Shown one piece after another: positions 18,757-28,808 of a DNA stretch of 64,000 bases; position 1 is the first letter of the stretch; every line of letters starts with the position of its first letter. A program made the translations under genes and the position numbers. Source of the DNA: Bacteroidota bacterium (lineage in GTDB: Bacteria > Bacteroidota > Bacteroidia > 2-12-FULL-35-15); NCBI GenBank assembly GCA_947466965.1, contig CANIFU010000003.1, positions 23,151-87,150 of the forward strand, written 5' to 3'. Under the pieces are notes generated by a model. It saw nothing but the letters and a program-made list of their open reading frames with translations. It did no database searches and was not told the origin of the DNA.

Positions 18757-21468
18757 TTGTACATGAAAATCAAAATAGGAATTATTTTTGGCGGTTTTTC
18801 TAAAGAACGTGAAATATCTTTTGCTGGTGGACGTACGGTTTATGATAATCTCAATAAATCATTGTTTGAAGCAGTTCCAGTGTTTGTGGATAGTTTTGGA
18901 AATTTTGTTTTGCTAAACTGGGAATTCGTTTATAAAGGCAGTATCCGTGATTTTTATCCTCCAGCAGAATTTATCCCTAATAAAGATGGGGATTTTCAAA
19001 TTTATGCCGAGCAAATTGGAAAATTATCTGATAAACAGCAGCTTGAACTCATCAATAAAATTGGTAGTAAGCTAGAACCGAATACTTTAAAATCACATTT
19101 TGATTTTGCTTTTTTATGCTTACATGGTGCTTTTGGTGAAGATGGAAAGATTCAAGGTTTGTTAGAATATTTGGGAATCCCTTATTCCGGATCCGGTATC
19201 TTACCTTCGGCAATAGGTATCGATAAAAGTGTTCAAAAACGATTGATGGTGAATGCAGGATTTAATAGCCCTAATTATTTTACTATTGAAAGGGCAAGTT
19301 GGATGAATGGAACTCTTAAAAATATATTTGAAAAAGCAAAAAAAGAAATAGGTCTTCCCTTGGTTATTAAACCTGCTAATCAAGGTTCTTCCATTGGTAT
19401 AAGTATTTTGCATGAAGATGATAATTTAAAATTTATGGAGGCTGTTGAAAAAGCCTTTTTTACTAAATGGCAAGATGCATCCGAATGGAAAAAATTATCT
19501 GCTGCTGAAAAAAATAACTTTGTGAGAACCCTTGCCGATATCCGTGAAGGTATTGGTATGCCTATAAATGTATCAACTTCAAATTTTAAAATAAAGCATG
19601 TTGTATATCATCCTCAGGATTTGATAATTTACTTAGATGAAATTTTTGAAACAGAAAAAGAGGGTGCTGTTTTTGAAGCCTTGGATGGTGAAAGTAAAGT
19701 GTTAATCGAAGGTTTTATTGAGGGAAAAGAATTCTCTTGTATAGTTGCACAAGATGAAAATGGAAAAGCTATTGCTCTTCCTCCAACCGAAATCCGTAAA
19801 GGAAAAGAATTGTTTGATTACCGTTCAAAATACTTACCTGGTCTTTCCAGAAAAATCACACCAATTGATTTGCCAAATGAGCAAATTCAAGCTATTCGAA
19901 AAGAATGTGAACGTTTGTTCTATGCCTTGAGTTTTGATGTATATGCCCGCATCGATGGATTCATATCAACTGAAGGAAAGGTATTTTTAAACGATCCGAA
20001 TACTACTTCAGGTATGATGCCTTCTTCTTTTTTCTTTCATCAGGCGGCAGAAATTGGTTTAAATCCGTCTCAATTTCTTACTTATATTATCCGTACTTCA
20101 TTGGCTCAACGTTTAATCGCAACTAAAAATAGTGGTGTATTTGATTCTTTATTAACTAAATTGGATGCTGCTATTCAGTCGGATCAAAACGCTATAACCA
20201 ATAAAATTAAAGTTGCAGTGATTCTTGGGGGATATTCTTCCGAGCGTCATATTTCTGTTGAAAGTGGAAGAAATATTTACGAAAAATTAGCTTCTTCATC
20301 CAAATATGAGCCTATTCCCGTTTTTCTAACTGGCAATAATGATGAACATCTGATGTATCAGATTCCTGTAAATGTTTTATTGAAAGACAATGCCGATGAT
20401 ATAAAAGATAAAATCAATCATTATAAAATTCATGATCTTGTCAAAGATATTATTACTGAGTGTAATCCTATCACTTCTAAATATTCAAATAAAGACAATC
20501 TAGCAAAACCCAAACAAATTACATACGAAGATTTAGGAAAGATGGTGGATTGTGTTTTTATCGCTCTTCACGGTCGTCCAGGCGAAGATGGCGCTGTTCA
20601 GGCCAATTTGGAAAAAGTAGGCTTGCCTTATAATGGCTCTGGTGTAGATAGTTCTCAAATTACAATCGATAAATATCGTACCAATGAAATTCTGAAGCAA
20701 AATGGATTTCTTGTTGCAGATCATTTACTTGTTTCTGAAGCCGAATGGACTTCAGATTATTTGAATGTATTGAAAAGGATCAAAGATGAAATTCAATATC
20801 CTTTTATTGCAAAGCCGGTGGATGACGGATGTTCTTCCGCAGTAAAAAAAATAAAAACACCTGAAGAGTTTGAAGCTTTTGCAACGTTGATTTTCCGTAA
20901 ATCGGAAACATTAGATCCTGCTGCTGCCAAAGTGTTACATATCAAAGAAAAAGAGGAGTTTCCTCAAAAGCAGTATATTCTGGTTGAAGAGTTAATTTCA
21001 AAAAGAGATGCAGTACATTTTTTAGAAGTAACAGGGGGTATGCTAACGAACTACGATGCAAACAATAATGTTTCCTACGAAGTTTTTGAAGCATCTGAGG
21101 CATTGAGTGAAGGGGAGGTTTTATCATTAGAAGAAAAATTTTTAGCTGGACAAGGCCAAAATATCACTCCTGCGCGTTACTCCCTTGATGCGGAAGTGCG
21201 TCAGCAAATTTCTGATCAGGTGAAACTTACCTTGGGTGCTGCTGCCAAATTATTAAATATTAACGGGTATACTCGGATTGATGCCTTCGTTAGAATCTAT
21301 AGTGTGAATAGGGTAGAAGTAGTATTTGTAGAAGTAAATTCATTGCCTGGCATGACGCCAGCAACTTGTATCTTTCACCAAACGGCTATTAATGGTTATA
21401 AACCGTATGATTTTATTGATCGTATTTTAGATTTTGCTTTTCAAAAACGAAAAATATTGCTAAACTGA
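18757..21468 (+). CDS. ddl: Tandem (duplicated) D-alanine--D-alanine ligase-like ATP-grasp protein
   Basis: 903 aa with two complete Ddl-like modules. Module 1 starts 'IGIIFGGFSKEREISFAGGRTVY' and has 'PLVIKPANQGSSIGISIL' and 'ARIDGFIS...VFLNDPNTTSGM'. Module 2 starts 'VAVILGGYSSERHISVESGRNIY' and has 'PFIAKPVDDGCSSAVKKI' and 'TRIDAFV...VFVEVNSLPGMT'. Each module has N-terminal, central and ATP-grasp segments. Confidence 0.8.
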   Translation: MYMKIKIGIIFGGFSKEREISFAGGRTVYDNLNKSLFEAVPVFVDSFGNFVLLNWEFVYKGSIRDFYPPAEFIPNKDGDFQIYAEQIGKLSDKQQLELINKIGSKLEPNTLKSHFDFAFLCLHGAFGEDGKIQGLLEYLGIPYSGSGILPSAIGIDKSVQKRLMVNAGFNSPNYFTIERASWMNGTLKNIFEKAKKEIGLPLVIKPANQGSSIGISILHEDDNLKFMEAVEKAFFTKWQDASEWKKLSAAEKNNFVRTLADIREGIGMPINVSTSNFKIKHVVYHPQDLIIYLDEIFETEKEGAVFEALDGESKVLIEGFIEGKEFSCIVAQDENGKAIALPPTEIRKGKELFDYRSKYLPGLSRKITPIDLPNEQIQAIRKECERLFYALSFDVYARIDGFISTEGKVFLNDPNTTSGMMPSSFFFHQAAEIGLNPSQFLTYIIRTSLAQRLIATKNSGVFDSLLTKLDAAIQSDQNAITNKIKVAVILGGYSSERHISVESGRNIYEKLASSSKYEPIPVFLTGNNDEHLMYQIPVNVLLKDNADDIKDKINHYKIHDLVKDIITECNPITSKYSNKDNLAKPKQITYEDLGKMVDCVFIALHGRPGEDGAVQANLEKVGLPYNGSGVDSSQITIDKYRTNEILKQNGFLVADHLLVSEAEWTSDYLNVLKRIKDEIQYPFIAKPVDDGCSSAVKKIKTPEEFEAFATLIFRKSETLDPAAAKVLHIKEKEEFPQKQYILVEELISKRDAVHFLEVTGGMLTNYDANNNVSYEVFEASEALSEGEVLSLEEKFLAGQGQNITPARYSLDAEVRQQISDQVKLTLGAAAKLLNINGYTRIDAFVRIYSVNRVEVVFVEVNSLPGMTPATCIFHQTAINGYKPYDFIDRILDFAFQKRKILLN

Positions 21469-21607
21469 TTTTGCCCGAAAGTCATTTACCGAAATAGTTT
21501 TTTCAGTTGCCTTTAGTCTATAAATATTGAATTTTATGGCATAAAAAGCAATTATTTACTATTTCTTTCGTTTCCTTAAAATTCGTACATTCGTAAACTA
21601 AATCCGA

Positions 21608-22453
21608 ATGCCATTAGTTATGTTCAAAGAACTATTACAATTCATAAAAAGTAAAACATTCTTAATTCATCTGTCCATTTACTTGGTATCTGTTTTTTTG
21701 ATATGCTGGTTGATTATTTCTTGGTTAGGCAGAACTACAAATCATAATGAAACAGTTGTAGTTCCTGATTTTTCAGGTATCAGCATCAAGGAATTAGATC
21801 AGTTTGTTGCGGATAAAAATTTGCGCTATCTTGTAATCGATTCCTTGTATGATCTGAAAGCTAAAAAAGGAGTGGTTGTTAAACAAGAGCCTGAAGCAAA
21901 TGCCGAAGTGAAGGAAGGAAGAACCATTTATTTATATGTTACTTCCGTTTTGCCACCAAGTATTCAAATGCCTAAGTTGGTTGATCGCTCATTGAGACAA
22001 GCCGCTGCAATGATTACAACCTTTGGATTAAGGTTGGGTAAAACCAAGTTTGTAGCTGACCAATGTGCTAATTGTGTATTGGAACAACTGGTAAAAGGGA
22101 GAAAAATTGCCGCAGGTGAAAAAATTGAAAAAGGAACGATTATCGATTTAATTGTTGGTAAAGGACTTAGTGAAGAAGAAATTGACGTTCCTTGCTTATA
22201 CGGACTAACACGTAAAGAAGCACTCTTAAAACTGACGGAAGCTTCATTGAGTATTGGAGCAGTAAGTTTTGATTTTGCAAAAGATTCGGTTAATGGAAAA
22301 GTATATCGTCAAATTCCAAATTGTAGTAAGGATACAAAAATTAATATGGGAGGAACAATCGATTTATATTTTACAAATGATAAAAATAAATTGTCTTCTG
22401 TACCTGATACTTCAAGTGTAAAAAATAATGATGATGAAAATTTTGATGAATAA
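21608..22453 (+). CDS. PASTA domain-containing membrane-anchored protein
   Basis: N-terminal TM helix followed by three PASTA-like repeats (VVVPDFSGISIKEL..., IQMPKLVDRSLRQA..., IDVPCLYGLTRKEAL...). Its position between ddl and rluD is typical in Bacteroidota. Confidence 0.75.
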   Translation: MPLVMFKELLQFIKSKTFLIHLSIYLVSVFLICWLIISWLGRTTNHNETVVVPDFSGISIKELDQFVADKNLRYLVIDSLYDLKAKKGVVVKQEPEANAEVKEGRTIYLYVTSVLPPSIQMPKLVDRSLRQAAAMITTFGLRLGKTKFVADQCANCVLEQLVKGRKIAAGEKIEKGTIIDLIVGKGLSEEEIDVPCLYGLTRKEALLKLTEASLSIGAVSFDFAKDSVNGKVYRQIPNCSKDTKINMGGTIDLYFTNDKNKLSSVPDTSSVKNNDDENFDE

Positions 22454-24299
22454 AATACTAGTGGTTGTTTGTGTTTTGTTTTATTCAACCCTCAGTTTTT
22501 CCCAGGGTTTGGTAGAAAATGAATTAAGCACGAATCCTAGTATTATCAGTAAATATAATCAACTTAAAGTTTCATATAAAGCCGCATCGATATACGATAC
22601 ATTGCGCTTGGGTGTTAAAGGTATCTTAGACGACTTTTCTGCCGAAGGACCATATCCCGATACTTCGTTATGGTTGGATAATAAAGTATTTATTAACCGC
22701 GATTTTGCAAAAGCACCAATTACCCTTGGAGTAGCAACGTTTGAAGGATTAGATTATAATGGTTATCCCTACGATTTCACAGCAGGATCAACAAGTTCTG
22801 CTGTTGCTGATTTTTTGACATCTAAGCCTATTCATCTTAATAATCTTTTAAGTGATTCAATTTATTTGAGCTTTTATTATCAACCTCAAGGCAATGGCAA
22901 TGCTCCTGAATATCCGGACTCCTTGGTTGTGCAATTTAAGAATGGAACATTGGGCTGGAAAAATGTTTGGGCCAAAAGAGGAAGTACACTTACTTCTAAT
23001 GATAGTTCATGGTCATTAGCGATGATTCCAATTAACGATACCGCTTATTTGAAAGATGGTTTTCAATTCAGGTTTTATAATCGTGCAACCATAAGTGGGA
23101 ATACGGATCATTGGAATATTGATTATGTTTATTTGAATAAAACCAGAAATATAAATGATACCACTTTTGAAGATGTAACCTTTGTTTATAATACTCCTTC
23201 GTTGTTAAATACCTATTCTGCAATGCCCTGGAAGCAATACAGTGCATCAGATATGAAACTGAATTATAATACATCCATACGTAATAATCATACTGTTACA
23301 AAAAATGGAAGCTTTATTTATAAAATATTTAATGATCTTGGTGTTCAGGTGAATACTACTTATTCCGGTGGTAGTTTTAATATCGACCCGTTTTCTTCAA
23401 GTGGCTATATGAATTATGCGGCATTCACCAATCCAGCACTTAATTTTACAATACCAATTCTTACAGCAGCCTCTCGGTATTCAATAGAAAGTACAATCTC
23501 TTCTACTCCTGATAATGATCGTGGTAATGATACAGTACGTTTTGTTCAAGACCTTACCAACTACTTTTCTTATGACGATGGTACAGCTGAAAATTCATTT
23601 GGACTGAGCACACTTTATGCCCAACTTGCTGAGAAATTTACATTAAATATTGCCGATTCATTGCAATATATTGATATTTATTTTAATCCGTTTTTAATAA
23701 ATTCATCCATCTATTCTTTTAATATACATGTATGGACCGATGGAGGTGGAGTGCCGGGAACTGCCATATATATAAGTGCTTTACCCGATAGTCCTGAATA
23801 CGGAATGGTGATGCCAAATCAATTTATCCGTTATAAGTTAGATGCACCTTTGTATTTGAATCCCGGAACATTTTATGTTGGTTTCAAGCAAAATACAAAT
23901 CAGTTTTTAAATGTTGGAGTGGATAAAAATACGAATACCCAATCAAAAATATTTTACAATGTTACAGGCTCTTGGAATGCTTCTCCCTTTGTAGGTTCGT
24001 TAATGCTGCATCCTGTTTTTGGTTCTGCATCAGAGTTTACGGATATTTCTGAAGAAAGAAAATCCGAAAATATAGGAGTAGTTTATCCAAACCCCGCAAG
24101 CGATCAATTATTTATTGATGGTTTTTCCGACACACAAAAAATCAGTTTTACTATTTTTGATTTGTTGGGTAACGTTGTAATTCATAATTCAGTTTATGAC
24201 AATTTTATTGATATTTCAAATTTAGGAAGTGGCGTATATTTTATTCAAATGAATGACGAAGAAAATAGTTCTACACTTAAATTTATTAAACTAAAATAA
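22428..24299 (+). CDS. Secreted protein with T9SS type-A C-terminal sorting domain
   Basis: Signal peptide (MMMKILMNKILVVVCVLFYSTLSFSQ). The C-terminal about 80 aa, 'VYPNPASDQLFI...FTIFDLLGNVV...GVYFIQM...KFIKLK', matches the Por/T9SS CTD pattern. Confidence 0.75.
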   Translation: MMMKILMNKILVVVCVLFYSTLSFSQGLVENELSTNPSIISKYNQLKVSYKAASIYDTLRLGVKGILDDFSAEGPYPDTSLWLDNKVFINRDFAKAPITLGVATFEGLDYNGYPYDFTAGSTSSAVADFLTSKPIHLNNLLSDSIYLSFYYQPQGNGNAPEYPDSLVVQFKNGTLGWKNVWAKRGSTLTSNDSSWSLAMIPINDTAYLKDGFQFRFYNRATISGNTDHWNIDYVYLNKTRNINDTTFEDVTFVYNTPSLLNTYSAMPWKQYSASDMKLNYNTSIRNNHTVTKNGSFIYKIFNDLGVQVNTTYSGGSFNIDPFSSSGYMNYAAFTNPALNFTIPILTAASRYSIESTISSTPDNDRGNDTVRFVQDLTNYFSYDDGTAENSFGLSTLYAQLAEKFTLNIADSLQYIDIYFNPFLINSSIYSFNIHVWTDGGGVPGTAIYISALPDSPEYGMVMPNQFIRYKLDAPLYLNPGTFYVGFKQNTNQFLNVGVDKNTNTQSKIFYNVTGSWNASPFVGSLMLHPVFGSASEFTDISEERKSENIGVVYPNPASDQLFIDGFSDTQKISFTIFDLLGNVVIHNSVYDNFIDISNLGSGVYFIQMNDEENSSTLKFIKLK

Positions 24300-24319
24300 G
24301 TTAATTAATTATTATCCTG

Positions 24320-25411
24320 ATGAACGAAGAAGAAATTGAAGTTGAAGATGATGGTGATGATCAGGAATTATTTGAGCACCTCCGCATAGTTGTCGATAAA
24401 GGTCAAGGCCTTTTACGCATTGATAAATTTATTATGAACCGTACAGAAAATGCTACGCGTTCAAAAATTCAACAAGCAGCCGAAAGTGGTAATATTCTGG
24501 TGAATGAGAAGCCGGTAAAGTCAAACTATAAAGTGAAACCGTTTGATGTTATTACGGTTGTATTTGCTCATCCTCCCCGAGAGATTGAGTTGATTGCTCA
24601 AAATATTCCTTTACAAATTGTATTTGAGGATGATGATTTAATTATAATCAATAAAGATCCAGGTATGGTTGTTCATCCCGGCTACGGTAATTATTCTGGA
24701 ACCTTGGTCAATGCGTTGGTTTATCATTTTCAGCAATTACCAACTAGTAATTATGCAGCCACCACTAAGGCCACAAAAAAATCCAAAGAACAAGCGTTGC
24801 TTCGTCCGGGATTAGTTCATCGAATCGACAAAAATACCAGCGGGATCATGGTTGTTGCAAAAAGTGAAACCGCAATGGTTAAATTAGCAAAAGATTTCTT
24901 TGACAGAAACCTTGATAGAATATATTACGCCTTAGTTTGGGGCGATTTTAAAGAGGACGAAGGAACAATCACTGGAAATATTGGCAGACATTTAAAAGAC
25001 AGAAAAAAAATGGATGTTTTTCCTCCCGATAGTGAAGAAGGAAAGCATGCCGTTACGCATTATAAAGTTCTTGAACGATTTGGCTATGTAACATTGATAC
25101 AATGTAAGTTAGAAACTGGCCGAACGCACCAGATTCGCGCACATTTACAGCACATAGGACACTCCTTATTTAATGATGAAACGTATGGTGGAAATCGTAT
25201 TTTAAAAGGTACAACATTTGCAAAATACAAGCAGTTTGTAGACAATTGCTTTGATATGTTACCGCGTCATGCATTACATGCAAAATCATTAGGTTTTAAT
25301 CATCCTTTAAGTGGTAAGTATGTTCATTTCGATTCTGAATTGCCTGATGATATGCAATCCGTTATTAACAAATGGAGAGGTTATTCTGTTTCGATGGCTT
25401 TGGAAGAGTAG
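24320..25411 (+). CDS. rluD: 23S rRNA pseudouridine synthase, RluA/RluD family
   Basis: S4-like N-terminal region. Catalytic 'HRIDKNTSGIMVVAK' motif with the conserved Asp. 363 aa, including an acidic N-terminal extension. Confidence 0.9.
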   Translation: MNEEEIEVEDDGDDQELFEHLRIVVDKGQGLLRIDKFIMNRTENATRSKIQQAAESGNILVNEKPVKSNYKVKPFDVITVVFAHPPREIELIAQNIPLQIVFEDDDLIIINKDPGMVVHPGYGNYSGTLVNALVYHFQQLPTSNYAATTKATKKSKEQALLRPGLVHRIDKNTSGIMVVAKSETAMVKLAKDFFDRNLDRIYYALVWGDFKEDEGTITGNIGRHLKDRKKMDVFPPDSEEGKHAVTHYKVLERFGYVTLIQCKLETGRTHQIRAHLQHIGHSLFNDETYGGNRILKGTTFAKYKQFVDNCFDMLPRHALHAKSLGFNHPLSGKYVHFDSELPDDMQSVINKWRGYSVSMALEE

Positions 25412-25486
25412 TTTGATTTTTATATATCTTTTTTATAATTTAGTAGCTATGTTATCATTTAAGTTTAATAGTTAATCATTCAGATT

Positions 25487-26518
25487 ATGGAATTCTCTGC
25501 TCAACAAATTGCGGGTCTATTGCAAGGACAAATAGAAGGCGATGAAACAGTTAAAATAAGTAAATTATCTAAAATTGAAGAGGGAATTTCTGGTTCCATT
25601 TCTTTTTTAGCAAATCCCAAATACACCCAATATATTTATACTACTAAAGCATCTATAGTAATAGTAAGTAAAGAACTTGTTCTTACTTCAGCTGTTTCTG
25701 CAACGTTAATAAGGGTAGATAGTCCTGAAACCGCATTTTCAAAATTATTGGAAATGTATAATCAGGTAAAGCTTAATAAAACTGGAATTTCAAAGCATGC
25801 ATTTATTTCTGAAACGGCAACGGTTGGTTTAAATATCTATGCTGGTGAATTTGCAGTGATAAGCGATAATGTAAAAATCGGGAACAATGTAAAAATATAT
25901 CCTCAGGTTTTTATAGGAGAAAATGTAGTGATCGGTGATAATACAACACTTTTTGCAGGAGTAAAAATATATTCAGAAACACAAATTGGCAGCGATTGCA
26001 TCATCCATTCCGGTTCCGTGATTGGTAGCGATGGTTTTAGATTTAATCCTCAAAACGACAATCAAAAAATTCCTCAAATAGGAAACGTTATCATCGAAGA
26101 TAATGTTGAGATTGGAGCGAATTGCGCTATCGACAGAGCAACTTTAGGATCTACAATTTTACGAAAAGGTGTGAAATTTGACAACTTGATTCATATTGCT
26201 CATAATGTTGAAATTGGTGAAAATACATACATCGCAGCTCAAGGTGTTGTTGCTGGCTCAACAAAAATCGGTAAAAATTGTATGTTTAGTGGACAGGTTG
26301 GTATAGTAGGTCATCTCGATATCGCAGATCAGACAATCATTACGGCTCAATCAGGTATTTCAAAAAACATTACTAAAAAAGGGGAAGTTTACATGGGTTC
26401 TCCTGCTTTTGAAGCTGGTAAATACCGTAAAGCATATATTCATTTTCGTAATCTGGATGCAATTGTTCAACGCTTAGATAAAATTGAAAAACAAAGCAAG
26501 ATTGCCGAAAATAGTTAG
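25487..26518 (+). CDS. lpxD: UDP-3-O-acylglucosamine N-acyltransferase
   Basis: N-terminal LpxD-specific domain, then left-handed beta-helix hexapeptide repeats (IGNNVKIYPQVFIGENVVIGDNTT...). 343 aa. Confidence 0.9.
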   Translation: MEFSAQQIAGLLQGQIEGDETVKISKLSKIEEGISGSISFLANPKYTQYIYTTKASIVIVSKELVLTSAVSATLIRVDSPETAFSKLLEMYNQVKLNKTGISKHAFISETATVGLNIYAGEFAVISDNVKIGNNVKIYPQVFIGENVVIGDNTTLFAGVKIYSETQIGSDCIIHSGSVIGSDGFRFNPQNDNQKIPQIGNVIIEDNVEIGANCAIDRATLGSTILRKGVKFDNLIHIAHNVEIGENTYIAAQGVVAGSTKIGKNCMFSGQVGIVGHLDIADQTIITAQSGISKNITKKGEVYMGSPAFEAGKYRKAYIHFRNLDAIVQRLDKIEKQSKIAENS

Positions 26519-26556
26519 AATTTTTGCGCTCAATTAATACATAAGTTAATTTAAAT

Positions 26557-26589
26557 TCGTCAGGCAGAATATGTCTGGCGAATTTTTTA
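26557..26589 (+). terminator. Intrinsic terminator after lpxD (convergent with the desaturase stop)
   Basis: 9-bp stem 'tcgtcaggc' / 'gtctggcga' (two G·U pairs), 7-nt loop, then 'ttttttatttgg'. Confidence 0.6.
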
Positions 26590-27573
26590 TTTGGATGGAT
26601 TTATTTCAGACAATCCAATCATCCTATTTTGTTCAGAATCCCATAATTTAAGACGCAAACAAGAGATAATATCAGACAATTTAAAAGTTGTAACAGTTGC
26701 ATTCTGAAGTTCTGTAATACTTTTCATGGCTTCAGGTAAACGGTAAAAAGGGATTCTTGAGTTTAAATGATGAATATGGTGGTAGCCAATATTAGCAGTA
26801 ATCCATGTTAATACTGGATTCATTTTTAAAAAACTAGAAGAATCTAATGCTGCATTAGCATAAGTCCATTCTTCATTACCTTTGAATATTACTCCCGGAA
26901 ATGTATGTTGCGCATAAAACAAATAAGCACCAATCATATGTGAAATAAAAAAAGGTAAAAAGAATGCGAGAAACCATGTTAATGGACCAGCAAAAATAAA
27001 TAATGATACCGCAATTGAAACATGAATAATCAAAGTTGCCAACGAATCCCAATGTCTTTTCGGGCTACTAATAAAAGATTGAATGCACATACCGTATATG
27101 AACATCGTTACATAAGCAAAAATCATGTTAAAAGGGTGGCGAATTGCAAGGTATATGCGTCTCTCACTTTTTGTTGCTTCCATGAACTTTTGTTTTGTCA
27201 TAATTGGAAAAGACCCAATGTTTGCGCTAAATAGTTTCGCATTATTATTATGGTGAAAATCATGCGAGCGTTTCCAGATACTAGGAGGAGTTAACATGTA
27301 TATTCCATAAATTGTAAAGATGAAGTTTGCTATATAAGATTTTTGAAGAATGGAATGGTGTTGGTAATCATGAAAAATCATGAAGAAACGTGTTAAAAAT
27401 ATTGCACTGAATATACTGGAAATGATTTTACCGTATAAGGTGGGTATAAAATAAGTACCAACTAAGGATGCTATTAAAAAAATGAAGGCAGTAAGGGTAT
27501 AAAACCAACTTTTCCAACGAATTTCTTTAGCAAATGGTTTTGTAGCAAGAATAAGTTCTTTTCCTTGAAGCAT
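26587..27573 (-). CDS. Membrane fatty-acid desaturase (di-iron, histidine-box family)
   Basis: Three His boxes 'HDYQHH', 'HDFHHNN' and 'HHIHH' in the canonical order, with hydrophobic spans between them. 328 aa. Confidence 0.85.
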   Translation of the reverse strand: MLQGKELILATKPFAKEIRWKSWFYTLTAFIFLIASLVGTYFIPTLYGKIISSIFSAIFLTRFFMIFHDYQHHSILQKSYIANFIFTIYGIYMLTPPSIWKRSHDFHHNNNAKLFSANIGSFPIMTKQKFMEATKSERRIYLAIRHPFNMIFAYVTMFIYGMCIQSFISSPKRHWDSLATLIIHVSIAVSLFIFAGPLTWFLAFFLPFFISHMIGAYLFYAQHTFPGVIFKGNEEWTYANAALDSSSFLKMNPVLTWITANIGYHHIHHLNSRIPFYRLPEAMKSITELQNATVTTFKLSDIISCLRLKLWDSEQNRMIGLSEINPSK

Positions 27574-27726
27574 AAGTGCAAAGATAACAAGAATTTAGAA
27601 TAAAAAAATTAAAATAGTAAGCATTTATTTGTGTATTCCCTTGTTTTTAAGTTGATTAAGTTAAAGTATAAAATTTTAAAGTTGACTATTAAATTATAAG
27701 AATTTGAATGTATTCTTATCTTAAAT

Positions 27727-28383
27727 CTAATGTTTAAGTTTGTCATTAAACACTTTTTTAAATTTTTCTACTTTGGGCTGAATTACAAATTGACAATAGG
27801 ATTCTGAACCATTTTGATTAAAGTAATTTTGATGGTAATCTTCTGCTTTGTAAAATGGTCCAATCGGACTAATTTCAGTTACAATTGGTTTTTGAAAGGC
27901 CCCTGATTCATTGAGATCTTTTTTATATTTTTCTGCAAGTCTTTTTTGTTCTTCGTTGTGATAATATATAACAGATCTGTATTGTGTTCCAATATCATTT
28001 CCCTGTCTGTTTAACTGAGTTGGATCATGGGATTGCCAAAAGGCAGCTAATAGTTCATCAAATGAAATTTTAGATGAATCATATGTTATTTGACATACTT
28101 CTGCATGACCGGTTGTACCATTACATACTTCACGATAAGCCGGATTTTTTATTGTTCCTCCAGAAAATCCGGATGAAACGGAGTGAACACCCTCTAACAT
28201 TTGAAATTGTGCTTCTACACACCAAAAGCATCCTGCTCCGAAAGTTGCTGTATCCATAGTTGCAATTTTTGTATTTTCTGTTTGTATGATTTTTTTTTCA
28301 GACAGAAGTTGTTTATCTGTTTCATTCTGATTACAAGATGTGTTTACATTTGTAAGAAACAAAATTAGTATCAGTTTGTTCAT
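27727..28383 (-). CDS. msrA: Peptide-methionine (S)-S-oxide reductase, secreted/lipoprotein form
   Basis: Catalytic 'GAGCFWCVE' motif. N-terminal signal with a Cys (lipobox-like 'NTSC'). Confidence 0.9.
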   Translation of the reverse strand: MNKLILILFLTNVNTSCNQNETDKQLLSEKKIIQTENTKIATMDTATFGAGCFWCVEAQFQMLEGVHSVSSGFSGGTIKNPAYREVCNGTTGHAEVCQITYDSSKISFDELLAAFWQSHDPTQLNRQGNDIGTQYRSVIYYHNEEQKRLAEKYKKDLNESGAFQKPIVTEISPIGPFYKAEDYHQNYFNQNGSESYCQFVIQPKVEKFKKVFNDKLKH

Positions 28384-28408
28384 TCGTTGGTATGATTTAT
28401 AAATAAAA

Positions 28409-28429
28409 AAAGAGGTACTTATCCTCTTT
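28409..28429 (-). terminator. Intrinsic terminator following the 117-aa gene
   Basis: 7-bp stem 'aaagagg'/'cctcttt' with a 7-nt loop. On the minus strand it is followed by 'ttttttattt'. Confidence 0.55.
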
Positions 28430-28782
28430 TAATAGTTACTATTGTTGTTTTTTTTAGGAGGTTCAGTTGCTGCAGGAGTATAAGACGCTGATTTTTTATT
28501 TTTATTTCTTTTCGGGATTCCTTGTTCTTTAATGGACATTTTAGTTGATCCTATTGTGTCGTTCTTAGCATCATTTATTGATTTTGAACTTTTCGCACCC
28601 TTAATACTTTCCGCTCTTTCTTGTTTAACTGTTTCTTTTGGAGTTTCTTGTTTATAGGAAACGGTATCCAGATCTTTTTTGATTACCTCTTGAGCCCCAA
28701 TAGAATTACTTAAACTTATTCCTATAGTTAAAAAGGATAGTTGTAGTATGTTTTTCATTTGTATTTTATTTTTACGAAGCAT
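28429..28782 (-). CDS. Small secreted Lys-rich low-complexity protein (117 aa)
   Basis: Signal peptide. K/S/N-rich, with no recognisable domain. It has its own terminator hairpin downstream. Confidence 0.45.
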   Translation of the reverse strand: MLRKNKIQMKNILQLSFLTIGISLSNSIGAQEVIKKDLDTVSYKQETPKETVKQERAESIKGAKSSKSINDAKNDTIGSTKMSIKEQGIPKRNKNKKSASYTPAATEPPKKNNNSNY

Positions 28783-28808
28783 AAAAAAGATAATGCTACA
28801 GGGTAAAA

